This document shows, one piece after another, positions 39,774-51,231 of a DNA stretch of 64,000 nt (position 1 is its first letter; every line of letters starts with the position of its first letter). The notes beneath the pieces were generated by a model. It was not told where the DNA came from and did not search any database. It was given only the letters and a program-made list of their open reading frames with translations. The translations under genes were made by a program, and so were the position numbers. Source of the stretch: Catajapyx aquilonaris (lineage: Eukaryota); NCBI GenBank assembly GCA_000934665.2, contig KZ538175.1:62001-126000 (forward strand). Direction: 5' to 3'.

Positions 39774-40122
39774 TGAATCCAATCGACTGAGGGTCTTTAC
39801 GAGGCTTCCCCCATTTAATACAACAATATTGTTGCCTTTTATGTGAATGGCGATATTATCAAGTAAAACATCTGGGGCGACCGGACTGAATCGGCTTCTC
39901 CGGACAATGGCATTGAGAAGAAGAGTTATGCGGGACGTCAGCCTCAGGACCACGCGATAAAGTAAGGTCCACTACATTGTATATGATTCTTACTTACACG
40001 CGATATGCACAATTTGTACTAGTAATATGTTACATGTTACATGATCGGGCAATGACTCCCGGCTACAGCTAATATGATCAGGATAGGCTGATTTGGATCA
40101 TGTGGCAAACTGGTGTGCCACA

Positions 40123-40495
40123 TTGAAGGGATGGACGGCAAAAATTTTCAAACTCTATTTTGGTTTTTTCCTCATATTCTGGATAAAGAAAATTAGATTT
40201 GTCAAACACAATTTGCTTTTTAAAAGCCTAACATTGACGAGTTACACGTTTTTCTATATTATCTCCAATTAGTACCTCTCATATGTCAAATGTGGAATTT
40301 GTGTGGCCCATCACTTCCTTATTTCCCACCTTTAAAGTTGTCATATCTGGTACATTATGAGTTTATGACATTCCAAACCTTCATGTAGGTCTTCGTAGCA
40401 CCATGTATCCAGTGGTTTTATACACAGCCTGTGAGATTATGCAAGTTGTCCAGACACAAAAGTAGATAAATTTTTTATATGTCCACCGCATTCAA
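40123..40495. mobile_element. Degenerate non-autonomous DNA transposon (Kolobok-like)
   Basis: Left end ttgaagggatggacggcaaaaatttt matches the reverse complement of the right end, ttgaatgcggtggacatataaaaaattt. The interior is AT-rich and non-coding. Confidence 0.5.
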
Positions 40496-42942
40496 GATTA
40501 ACACTAACAATACGTAAACAGATAAATCCTACTCGTTTATACGGGATTTGCTCCGAGTTGGAGGCTAGGTTTTATCATCTTGTGAATTTAGAGATTTTTT
40601 TGGTAGGGTTGTATTCCTTTGACAGTCAAGTGCGTCAGATTTACGGGCCGGGTTCCGTAAGCCCGGAAGCAGGGCTAGATGAGAAGTCCCCTGCTCGCAG
40701 ACACCAGACAAAAACATATACCGGCGGTTGCAACTCCGGGATCCGGGCATCGGAGGAAAGGAGGAGGAAGGCCCTTTTGCTGTGCGGGCACGTGTTGAAT
40801 AAATATTCCGAGTGGAGAAGAGGCCATAATTCACCCCAAGCCATGCGCTGCTTAGGAATTATTTATATGTCCGGGTAATTTCTACCTTCGCTTTCGGATC
40901 CCTATCGCTACTATTCAAATAGGTTGGACTAGCCTCGGTTTGCAGTGAGCCAACTTCCATGCCCTCCCTATGATTACATTATGCAGGCAAGAATATACTG
41001 CGAATCATGGTCCAACAGCTCATATACTACACTGTGTGGATTCCAGCCTGACGGTCCCCCCCACATCATACACGCTATATATGGAAACGTTTTTCAAAGA
41101 ACTCGAGCGTTTCAAATAAGTGAACCTGAATACGTCCTTGTCTAATTCGGTTGACAAAGTTGCACTAATCACAAGAGGCTGTTGTATATGTTGTTGAAAT
41201 TTTTTCCCTCTCCCCCACTTATTGCAGGTCTCTTTGAAGGGGATTGGAAGCTGCGTTTCATTACAACCAGGGCTTGTCACAATGAACCGACTCCGGGTTT
41301 TACTTCCTCGCATGTTGCCACAACTTTCTGGCCAAGCGTGAAAATGACATCTAAAGTGCAATTATATTACACGCATCGCTTGCAAATAGTTCCAGATAAA
41401 ACTGCTAAATGGTGCAATTTCATGCCAAATGAGTCGGATCGAGCGTTTTATTTGTCCAGGTCCAATGATGAAACCCTACTTCAAGTCCCGGCATATTCCA
41501 CATGCCATAATTTATGTTTGTAAATACACTTTGCCTGAAGGCCATCAACGCCACGAAAGATATTCGCCGGCTACCTCAACTCGCCTCCAAATCCCTAGTT
41601 AGTATGGCATAATTGCCTGCATGTTGTGACGGCATTTCGAAGCCTATGGCGCCCATTAAAGCTGGATACGACATGTTTGACGTGCCTGGTCTAGTGCAAA
41701 CTTACAACCGCACGATATACACGGTGCTGTAAAAGTCCATCAAATGCAGTACAAGGAAGCTGGGTCATGAAATGAAATTGCAGTCACCTGTGGCGCATTT
41801 ATATCATGCTCGCTTTTGCTGTTATGAACCTGAATTAACCGAGGTCCAGCCAGAACTGGGAAATAACAACTGGCATGGTTGCTAGAAATTCCTTATAAGT
41901 CAAACTAGGCCTATATCAAAATTAGAAGACGATTCAAAGAATATCAGTCCCATTTTCACAATGTATATGGCTTGTTTATTCAGATTTTAGCCTCATGAAA
42001 GTAGGAATCTCATGATTACTAGGATAGTAAATGTGCTGCAAAAAAAATCTGTCACGTTTGAAGCAAAAAAGTGGGGCACATTAACCGGTTTTACTCAGAT
42101 TATGATAATCCACCCTGCAAAGCTTCCGTCATTGCCACCAAATTACTTTTTTTCTAGTGAGGCTTGAACATAAACCACAGCTGTTAGATACTGTATAATA
42201 TTTAAATGCCTACCACTCACGCAACGGTATTTTTCAAAATGGGCAAGTCTTAATGAACTTGTAATACAAAGTATCACTTTTTTCTTATTATAATTATTCA
42301 GGACAACGCTTACTGTACAATGCTGTGCGTTAGTTTTTTGTTACATTTAATGCATCAAACTTTCACAATATGATGCTGATTACTCCAAGTGTATGAGCAT
42401 TAACAATAGAGTCAACCCGCACATTGTAATTTCTCCGCATCATGAATATCAGAGCTGAATTTTCATGCTCCAGGAAGTGTCTCACTTGACTTTGAAAATT
42501 GGATACGCGACACCTGCTGTCACTTGATGCATACAACAATCGCACAAACTCCAGCAAGCCATTAGCTGATACTAGTGAATAACCTACTTTTCCACCCAGT
42601 AGGCAGAAATGCTGCGCTTTTGCCCTTTTCATACTCTCATTGCCAGAGGTATCCGTTTCAATACCAATTTTCCGCATTAATTTTCATTCCTTTCATCTCC
42701 AACTCCCTGCATTCCCTTTATACCCTAGGCTGTGCCAATACCTCACCATATCCAATTACCTCTGTCTCTAGGTCACAACCTAAATAAAGTCAAATACCAC
42801 ACACACACATTTTCAATTGCGTTGACGCGCCCTTTTAAGTTTCCCATTCAGATAGCGTACTTCAAGACCGCAACTCACAAAAGCGACAGTAACATATGAA
42901 CGATCAGTCACATTTAGGTCGTAATTCAGTTATTGTTTAATA

Positions 42943-42964
42943 TACAGAGAGCCCCCGTTATCCG
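42943..42964. mobile_element. Orphan pogo/Tigger-like terminal repeat
   Basis: TA+CAGAGAGCCCCCGTTATCCG resembles CAGT...CCCCG.TTATCCG termini. No partner seen. Confidence 0.25.
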
Positions 42965-43273
42965 CTGTTTGAAGATATTAAAATAAATATTAAACTGCAT
43001 TTTAGGTCTTCGCACGTTGGACTCGATCAACTCTGACTTTTCGAAACACAACAACAACAAAAAACGAAATTCCCCCATTTTTTTTGTCACCACACCAGTA
43101 TAGTCAGTATCGACCCGAAAAACACAGGCTCAAAAATCGCTTTCCTTTTGAATGACACGTGCTGTTTGTTGCCTCCCCTCTCGATACCGTCTCTGATGCC
43201 TGCACTGAGTTTCCAAGCCTATTTTACACACGGCCGAGTCCACACATGAAAGCAAAGGGGGGGGGGGGGGGGG

Positions 43274-43439
43274 NNNNNNNNNNNNNNNNNNNNNNNNNNN
43301 NNNNNNNNNNNNNNNNNNNNNNNNNNNNNNNNNNNNNNNNNNNNNNNNNNNNNNNNNNNNNNNNNNNNNNNNNNNNNNNNNNNNNNNNNNNNNNNNNNNN
43401 NNNNNNNNNNNNNNNNNNNNNNNNNNNNNNNNNNNNNNN
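43274..43439. other. Assembly gap (166 N) between a poly-G and a poly-A tract
   Basis: Run of N characters. Confidence 0.99.
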
Positions 43440-46400
43440 AAAAAAAAAAAAAAAAACTAGGGCCAGCCTGCTTCATTAACTTTGAGATCGGGCAAAAACA
43501 TTCTCTTCCCCAGAAGGTTGGCTGGTTGGTTGGCTCGCTCTTCCACTTTGCTTGGAACCACGTCCGGTTCAGTTTGATGGATTGTTGCCCCGCTACTTGA
43601 TGTGCAAGTCTAACGCCGACTCTGCTCAAATCTGAGCCCCAGCTGTATTCCCAGCTAGGCGCCCGACTCAATCATGTCATTTAGGCTTTTTATTTCTGAC
43701 ATCCGGGGCCAACTTATAAAGGAGGGGGGGATATATCAGGGGGAGGCCTAAGATGTATTCGGAGTCTGGCCAGGGGAGAAGAGGTGGAAAATTGCTGGAG
43801 AAGATGGTCTTCTTGGGCATTGAACTCAAAGGAGGGCTGTATCAGCATTGAAAAGTGATAATAAAAATTTTAAAGAGTAATTTTAGTGTGCACTCTTGAA
43901 GAAAAGATGCGTCGTCTTGGCGCATATTCTGGTTGGGTTCTAAGGAACTTGTTGGACAGCTCATGATGGATCGTCTTCATCTTTTTTGGCTGCGATAGTA
44001 TGTTATGGACGACAGCTTTAGTGTAGCACATTTTGTGTCCGCGCCAACCAAGAAACGCTACCGTGTATATTCCGTCAGCTCTAGTGCAGTGTAGCTTATT
44101 ACGACACAAGTCCACCACATGTATTGCGCTATGACGATTTCACCGCTATTTTATCAAAAAACAAGTTGCACACATTTACAAAAAAAATAAGACATGAAAT
44201 CCTTAGTTTAACCAATATTGATAAATAAATGCGCGTGATAATACAGGGTGCATTATAATCTGCAGGTTTTGCGTAAATACACTTTTTTGCTATTATGTGT
44301 GTGGCAGGAATTTTGTGCAGAGCTGACCGTAGTGTTGTATGGTGCCTTCACACAACCACTTCTATTCACAAGCGAGTTTAGAAGCTCCGTTTTCCATGTG
44401 GCGAAGTAGCGTCTAAAACTCGCTTGTGAAAAGACAAGGCTGTGTAAACAGACGATGAGCAGAAACAGGCGAAAAAAAAAACAACCTGGGTCGAAGTTTT
44501 GATGAAAGTATGAGTTTACACTGGTATACACAACTTTTCGGTAGCTTAACTTCCAGTATAGCACTTGTCGCTTTACAACACAGCAAAGTCAATAATTCAT
44601 GCTTGGAATATGCTATCGTCTTCGCTGATCTTCAGAATATCTTACTGCCAGCATATTGCAAAAAAATATGATGACGACACAGACATATTATACTTTCATG
44701 CGTGTTAATTTTAATGTTATGGAAAAGTGGACATCAGAGTGTGATTTTGGCATGCATTGTTACCTACTACGGCAACTATTTCATAATAATTTCTGCAGTT
44801 ACACGTGACATGAGACTGGAAGCATGTCATACCACTTTCTTCTTCTAAGGAACTTTCTACGCCAAACCAAACCTGATCCAGATTTTCCCTACTCGGCTGT
44901 GAGAAAATGCCAATAAAAACAAACAAACAATAATTTGTCCGCAATATTTTCTCCATCTCACTTGTCAGTGTATGAAAAAAAAAAATGCGAACTGGTCTTC
45001 CACAGGCTACGTTTCATAATATGTCACCTACATGCTTTAAATTCGAGAAAATGACTACTGAACTGTCCATAACATTAGTCAAATACAGGTTCTATTGACA
45101 GAGTCTGGCTATTCTTGCCACGCCGCGCCACAACTTCCCAAGACGACAACCTATCTAACAAAAACTAAATATTTGTGAATCCCTAAAAAATGAGGCCCAG
45201 ACACCTAATCAAATATTTGGCACCGTTTTCTTTCAGACCTTCCCTGATGCCCCTCCTGTTTATAGACTAGGATCCTCTTCGAATTCCCTACTTCGCCCGT
45301 CGCCGCTACATCAAACGACGACAGATGTCGCGTTTCCAAACGTCTTGGGCGACACTACAGAATTAACCTCCTGAGCGAGTAGCGGTGTGTGCTCGAGACA
45401 GAAGCCAACCCTCTATGTTTATGAGGGGGTTTCCCCCTCTCATCCAGTAAAACAATTGTATTGTCTGCATCAAAGGACCGCTATATAAACGCCAGGGGTG
45501 TCCTCGCCCGGCAGACTCCTATACGGTTATAAATGCTCGTGCGATAGGAATAAAAATCTCATCATGGTGATGTGATCTGGAAATTGGGTGTTGTGTAAGG
45601 CAAATCCTCTCCCCACTCTCCCTCCTTCGTTCCATCCCTATTTGGCGACCCCCTCCAACTTCTTCATTCTCCCAGCTCCCAGAATCTAATTTCTGCTGGG
45701 GCCAAAGTGCTGATTCCCCCACCTCTCCTTCTCCCGAGAGAGACGTCTCTCGGCGCCATTAGCCTACACTCCCTGCCCCCTGCAAACATATTTGTGAAGA
45801 AGGTCCAATGTGTGTGATGCACGGGGTCACGTGGAGTTATTCCGGGCAGGTTAGAAATAAACTTGTTTCCAAGAATGACAATAGTAGAATTAATGCAATC
45901 AGGCAACGTTGCAAGTGACTTGGCTCGTGGAAATGCTGTTTTTATAGTGCATATAACAATTTTGGGTCAGATTGCTGCTACTGAAAGTGTTCCTGTTTTG
46001 AGTGATGGCGGCTTTCAACAGCTACCTGGCTACGAACCAGTTGTCAATAATATAAATATTAGTGCATGCTAAAATAAGCCGTTATCGACAACCAATAACG
46101 TTGCCACCCCATCATCTGAAACAGAGCATCTCTAATGTTGAGGCTGTAAGCTTTCCAGCGTAATTATTATACTAATCCTTGTGATCATGCTGTACTGGAT
46201 GTCTTCTAGGCAATCTTGTGCATTGGACAATTTCGAACAATACAATCAGTTTTCGTAAGTTCAGGAGTACTATATTTCCGTAATTACTTTAGGCAACGAG
46301 GAAGCAAAATCAGGTGGGTCTTCTCCGAAAGTCGATTGCAAAAGGCGCGGATGGGATATAGTATAAAACTTGCTGTATACAGAGCTTGCCATTTCCCCCT

Positions 46401-46714
46401 CCAAGTCATTGCACTGCTTTGTCGGGCACACGATACAAGTAAGGGTATCGATCGTATCGTTCATCGATTCTGGTACTACAAAGAGCTTCACTTGGGTGTG
46501 TAATAATGCAAGGGTAACATGCAACAACATTCCACGGATTTAGACAAATGCTTAACACGTACTCGTGTTTTAAGGGGGATATCGTTTGCACTTCATTTCC
46601 CCCTGTTTGTGCGAAAATGATGTTACCTTTGTTTCTACCACTCCGGAGTTGTAATTATTGCTTGGGATGCAGCACATTTATTTGCCTTTTCCAAGCCAGT
46701 TGTTTATATAATAA

Positions 46715-47003
46715 TTTGTACCCCGTGCTAGAGCCATGGGCCCTCTTAGGGGGGTGGGATACCACCATATTTTTTTATCTGGAACTCTTGCTTTCGTTTT
46801 TACTTCTCGTATATGGGGATGGGATGGGGACGGAAGGAAGCGGCTGTGGCCTATAATTACGGACACGACCCCGGAATTTTCCTGGTGAGACCATGGGAAA
46901 CCACAGAAAACCACGGTCAGGGTCGGCGGCCACCGGGATTCGAACCCAGTACCTCCCGATTAGCAGTCGGATACCATATCCCCTCCGCTACCACTGCTTC
47001 GGT
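46715..47003 (-). mobile_element. Full-length tRNA-derived SINE (~289 bp) with target-site duplication
   Basis: Flanked by a perfect 19-bp direct repeat ccagttgtttatataataa (46696-46714 and 47004-47022). The minus strand has an A-box-like TGGTAGCGGAGG and B-box GGTTCGAATCC. The body GTGGTTTTCTGTGGTTTCCC...CAGGAAAATTCCGGG...AGGCCACAGCCGCTTCCTTCC resembles, from memory, Talua-like arthropod SINEs. Confidence 0.9.
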
Positions 47004-48021
47004 CCAGTTGTTTATATAATAACATTATGTTTAGCTCTAATAGAATATTTAGTTCATTTCAAAAGTAACGTCTGCAATAATACATAAGGATTAAGATATA
47101 CCCTGGCTATACCAAACAGCTTCATTATTCGGTAACAACAATGTCTATATAGCGGCATTTCTACCAAAATGTGACTCCGATAGCTCTCCATATCGTACCT
47201 GAACTGACATGTCTGAAAACATGTCTGAAGACTTCCTGTAAGTTGACAAGACAATCACTATGCCCACCTCATTATTTTCGTTCTTTCCCTATACCGCGAG
47301 GAAATCTTTGACAGTGTGGAGAGATTTCATACAAGAGTGGCAATTGAAACTGTTTGCTATTTTATGTAATGAATATCACGTGAGTCTCATTTTAGCTCAT
47401 CAGAGCATGTATCCATATTATGATTACTGTGCAATGCATAGGTGGAAACCAGTAATGTTGTCTTGCGTGCAAAATTAGGTCTATGTACTGTACCTGACAT
47501 GTTTCTGCAGAAGAAATTATCAATACGTAACAGTTTTTAAATTATTTCTTTTGCTATTATAAGTAATAAACTATTTGGCCCCTTTCCTCACTGCATAATA
47601 CATGCTACATTTAACCACTGCATAATGCATATCTAGTGACATATTAGCAATCTTATGTAAATTTATGATGTACTCTACTTTTTCTTGCAATATTAATCGT
47701 CATGTTTGTCAAGCGTAGGCGTTGCTGTTTATATGAAAGAGCTGTTGCCAAGTATACGGAAGGCTGTCCATGTATGGCTGGTTAAGTAATTATTGATGCG
47801 GCATGCGTGTTAGTTTTGGGGATTTGGATGAGAACGTTCTCTTTTTTCAGAAGGCTCTTCACTGATAAATTAGAACCTTCACGATATGTGTTATGCAGAG
47901 TACAGACCCGGTAGGGCCTGTGCAATCGTCAAATGATGGTACTTTCTCTACCACTTTCCACGATAAAACACCCGATAAGGAAATGGTGTGACATTACTTT
48001 TCATCTAACACTTTATTAGCA

Positions 48022-48022
<1 letters not shown>

Positions 48023-48076
<54 letters not shown>
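48023..48076. repeat. (ATT)18 microsatellite
   Basis: Perfect trinucleotide run. Confidence 0.98.
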
Positions 48077-48077
<1 letters not shown>

Positions 48078-51000
48078 GTCTATTAATAGGGTAACATAAT
48101 GCTTCCGATAATTAAAAGTCTGTGTGTTCAGGTCCCAGTTCCCACCATCATGCATTCACGCAGGTGTAATTTGCCAACTATACCCTCAGGCGCGACAGAG
48201 CGTTCGTTTTTTTTTAAAATATATCATTCATTACTTGCTATTTATAAATAATCTTCCAACAGTTACAGATATTTCCTGCCAGCGGTGAATAATTTCGGCC
48301 CGTGTTGGCATAGTGCTTCATGGCCTCTATTATTGATGAACGTAGTGAGGTAATGAGAATTATACGTTCGATTACACAATCTATATACCGTGAAGTTGAT
48401 TTGGACATGCGTTCATAATATGCATTAGGTAGTCATCATAAAAAACGGCCATGGATAAAAACAGTACCCTGTGTGTATCAGTTTTTGTGGATTTCATTGC
48501 GCTGCCGTGTGAAGTCATAGGCTACAAATCTACCTGATGCTCAAAATTCACATTTTAAACAAATCAATGTCAAATTCTCAAATGGAAAGTATGGCAAAAC
48601 AGGTCTTTAAAATTCACTCAAGCTGACACGGTCAACACTAACGAAACTTTTCGCATAATCTTTGTGTGCGTTATACTCGCGTTTAAGGAACTTAGCGACA
48701 GCAAGTTACTCTTGCATGCAAATGTCATTAAAACCAAAGAATTTCAACATGAGAGGACTTGTAACCAGACCCAAATGATGCGAGCCTGGTTCTATTTTTA
48801 CATGCTGATCTTCCCGAGTGGAACGAAGTCTCGATCCTGATGCCTACGCATATAACTGGATGATCCCCAAGAAATGTCAGTTATGCTGTGAAAAGTGAAG
48901 TGCAAAACTCGTTGTGATGAGTTCCTGGAAGGAGCCGCCCCTTCCATTCCGAACGTCGTTCGAATGCCCCTGCTCGCACAAGTGACGCTCTTTGACATGT
49001 TTTTGCGACTGACTATATGGGCATACTTGACGAACTTTGTCTGTTGATGGGAGCACAAAGTTCGGAATCCTTCCTCGAGATACCAAGAGGACACGAGCAC
49101 CTAAAACTTCATTTCTGATCCTGTCCGTCAAAAGTTTCTCTAGACTACAGCCCACGACTTCCAAATGGGGTTGTTGACAAAGATATCTCTACTTGGGACT
49201 CTCCACGAGTTTGACAACCATGAAAATGTGCCTTTTGCAGCAAGCATTGTTGTCCACACAATGAAGCTAATACCCATACAGCGGCCATTTTTTTCCTACC
49301 ATTAGCTATTAATGCAGGGAGTCAAATTTAAAGGTGATATATGCAATACTGTAAACGTCTACGTGCTCATATATGGGGGGCTTATCCTATTAAGATATGT
49401 GTTTAGATAAGTAAAGTATTCCGGATCGTTGCCAAATCGTCCCAACGGAGCATGACAGATCGTATTGATCTTGCGTCTGGCAAATAATACGGTACTAACG
49501 GCGTTAAATTGCCATCATAATACCGATAGGGACCGAGCAGTTTTATCGGCTGGAATCATATCCTGGCAAGATATTGCTTGACAAATGTGTCAATCAATCA
49601 ATGGATAAACAGAATAGGAAAATGAATAAAAATTATTGCTATTTCAGTCGTAATATTATGCATCGACTATTCGCATCACAGGTTTAAAAAAACTAAGATC
49701 AATCTTATACGATAAGTGGGAGTTCGGGTTGTACTTTCTTACAGCTGTCAAAGTCGACATTTTTACGTATTAAATCATTCGCTGCTTGGGATAAATACTA
49801 TTCTGATATTTTCAATCAACAAGGTAATAGATTCGCTCTTAATGAACGGTACTCCACAGTATATAATAATTATTGTTAAATTACTTTCTGTTAATGCGTG
49901 TGTCCCTTTTCTCCAAAGGTACCCTATACGCTTCTTTTTAGTCACTAGTGACTTGCCCACTAGATATTATCATAACTCAACACCAAATGGTAAATATACG
50001 GCTTACAATCTTCGAAACACACTCGATGCTATTGTATTTCCCTCACACAACGTTTCTTATTTCCTTATTTCACATTTTCTTTCGACACTGCATTGGTTGC
50101 TTGGAATTCCCTTCGAGTAGAGAATCGATGCGCGTCGTTTTTTTATGCCACGTTCCGTTGACCAACTCAAAAAATACGCGAAGGTGCCCATCTTCTCCGC
50201 CACTTACCCTATGTGGAGGAGTCATCTCGACAAGCTTATAAGTGGATATATCCGAAAATACCTTGGTTTACTTTACTCGGCTGAAGAGGCAACTATCCGC
50301 TGTAAGGAAAGCACCGGATACATATGGCTTCCATCCACATTGACGGCAGGATGCTGATACACATCGGTATCCAAAATGGCGACGAGAGCCGTAGATGTGA
50401 CAGTGATTGCCCAAAGCTGCGAACAACTTTCCACGGCCGTCTATACAGGTTGACATATCAGTTCAAGAGGGGTATAACTAACTGCAGCAATTTCACAACG
50501 AGGACATACATTACTTTTGAAGGGGCGTCGCTCGGAGATATGGCCAATTGCTCAATCGAGGGGGACCACTTGTTGAGCAACGATTTAATTTGTCATCAGT
50601 AGCACTAATTAGGAGTTTCTGCCCTTCGCCCACTAATAGCTCCAAGCCTACACGTAACGCGATTTTAAGCTACCCTCTCCCCTTACCCAAGAGCCCTTCT
50701 TCAAGGCGCCATATTGCTTCTTCTGCAAATGCCTGCAGGTGCTTCAACAAATATTATCATATTTCTAACAGCTTATCCATCGTTTAAGATCTACTTACAG
50801 TATCTACAATGTTGAATCAATTTCAACAACCCTGTGTTCCAGTTTTGCTGCCTGAAACATTCGAGAGAAGGTTGAGGGTGACCTTCCAGGTTGCTGACCC
50901 TGGCACCAGAGGCTACACTATTCCAATGACAGGCGAGTGTATGCTGGCGCCATTTCTGCCATATTGGTGGTCAGTGTTAAGTAGGACGAAGGGCGGATTG

Positions 51001-51203
51001 GGTTCGTGTGCTTGAAGAGAGGTCCAAATCCACAGGGATCCATTCTAACAAAACAAAGGGCACTTTTCGTCAGCGCCAGCCGCTCTCTTGGGTGCTGTTT
51101 TTGTTGCCTCGTAGGACCCCACCAACCGTCCCCGAAGGGGGATAAAAATATTCCTCCATTAGGTCTGCCGTCTACCCCAACAACCTCAACCCCTCTCTCA
51201 CTC

Positions 51204-51231
51204 CTACTACCACCACTACTACTACTACTAC
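51204..51231. repeat. (CTA/CCA)n repeat
   Basis: ctactaccaccactactactactactac. Confidence 0.85.
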
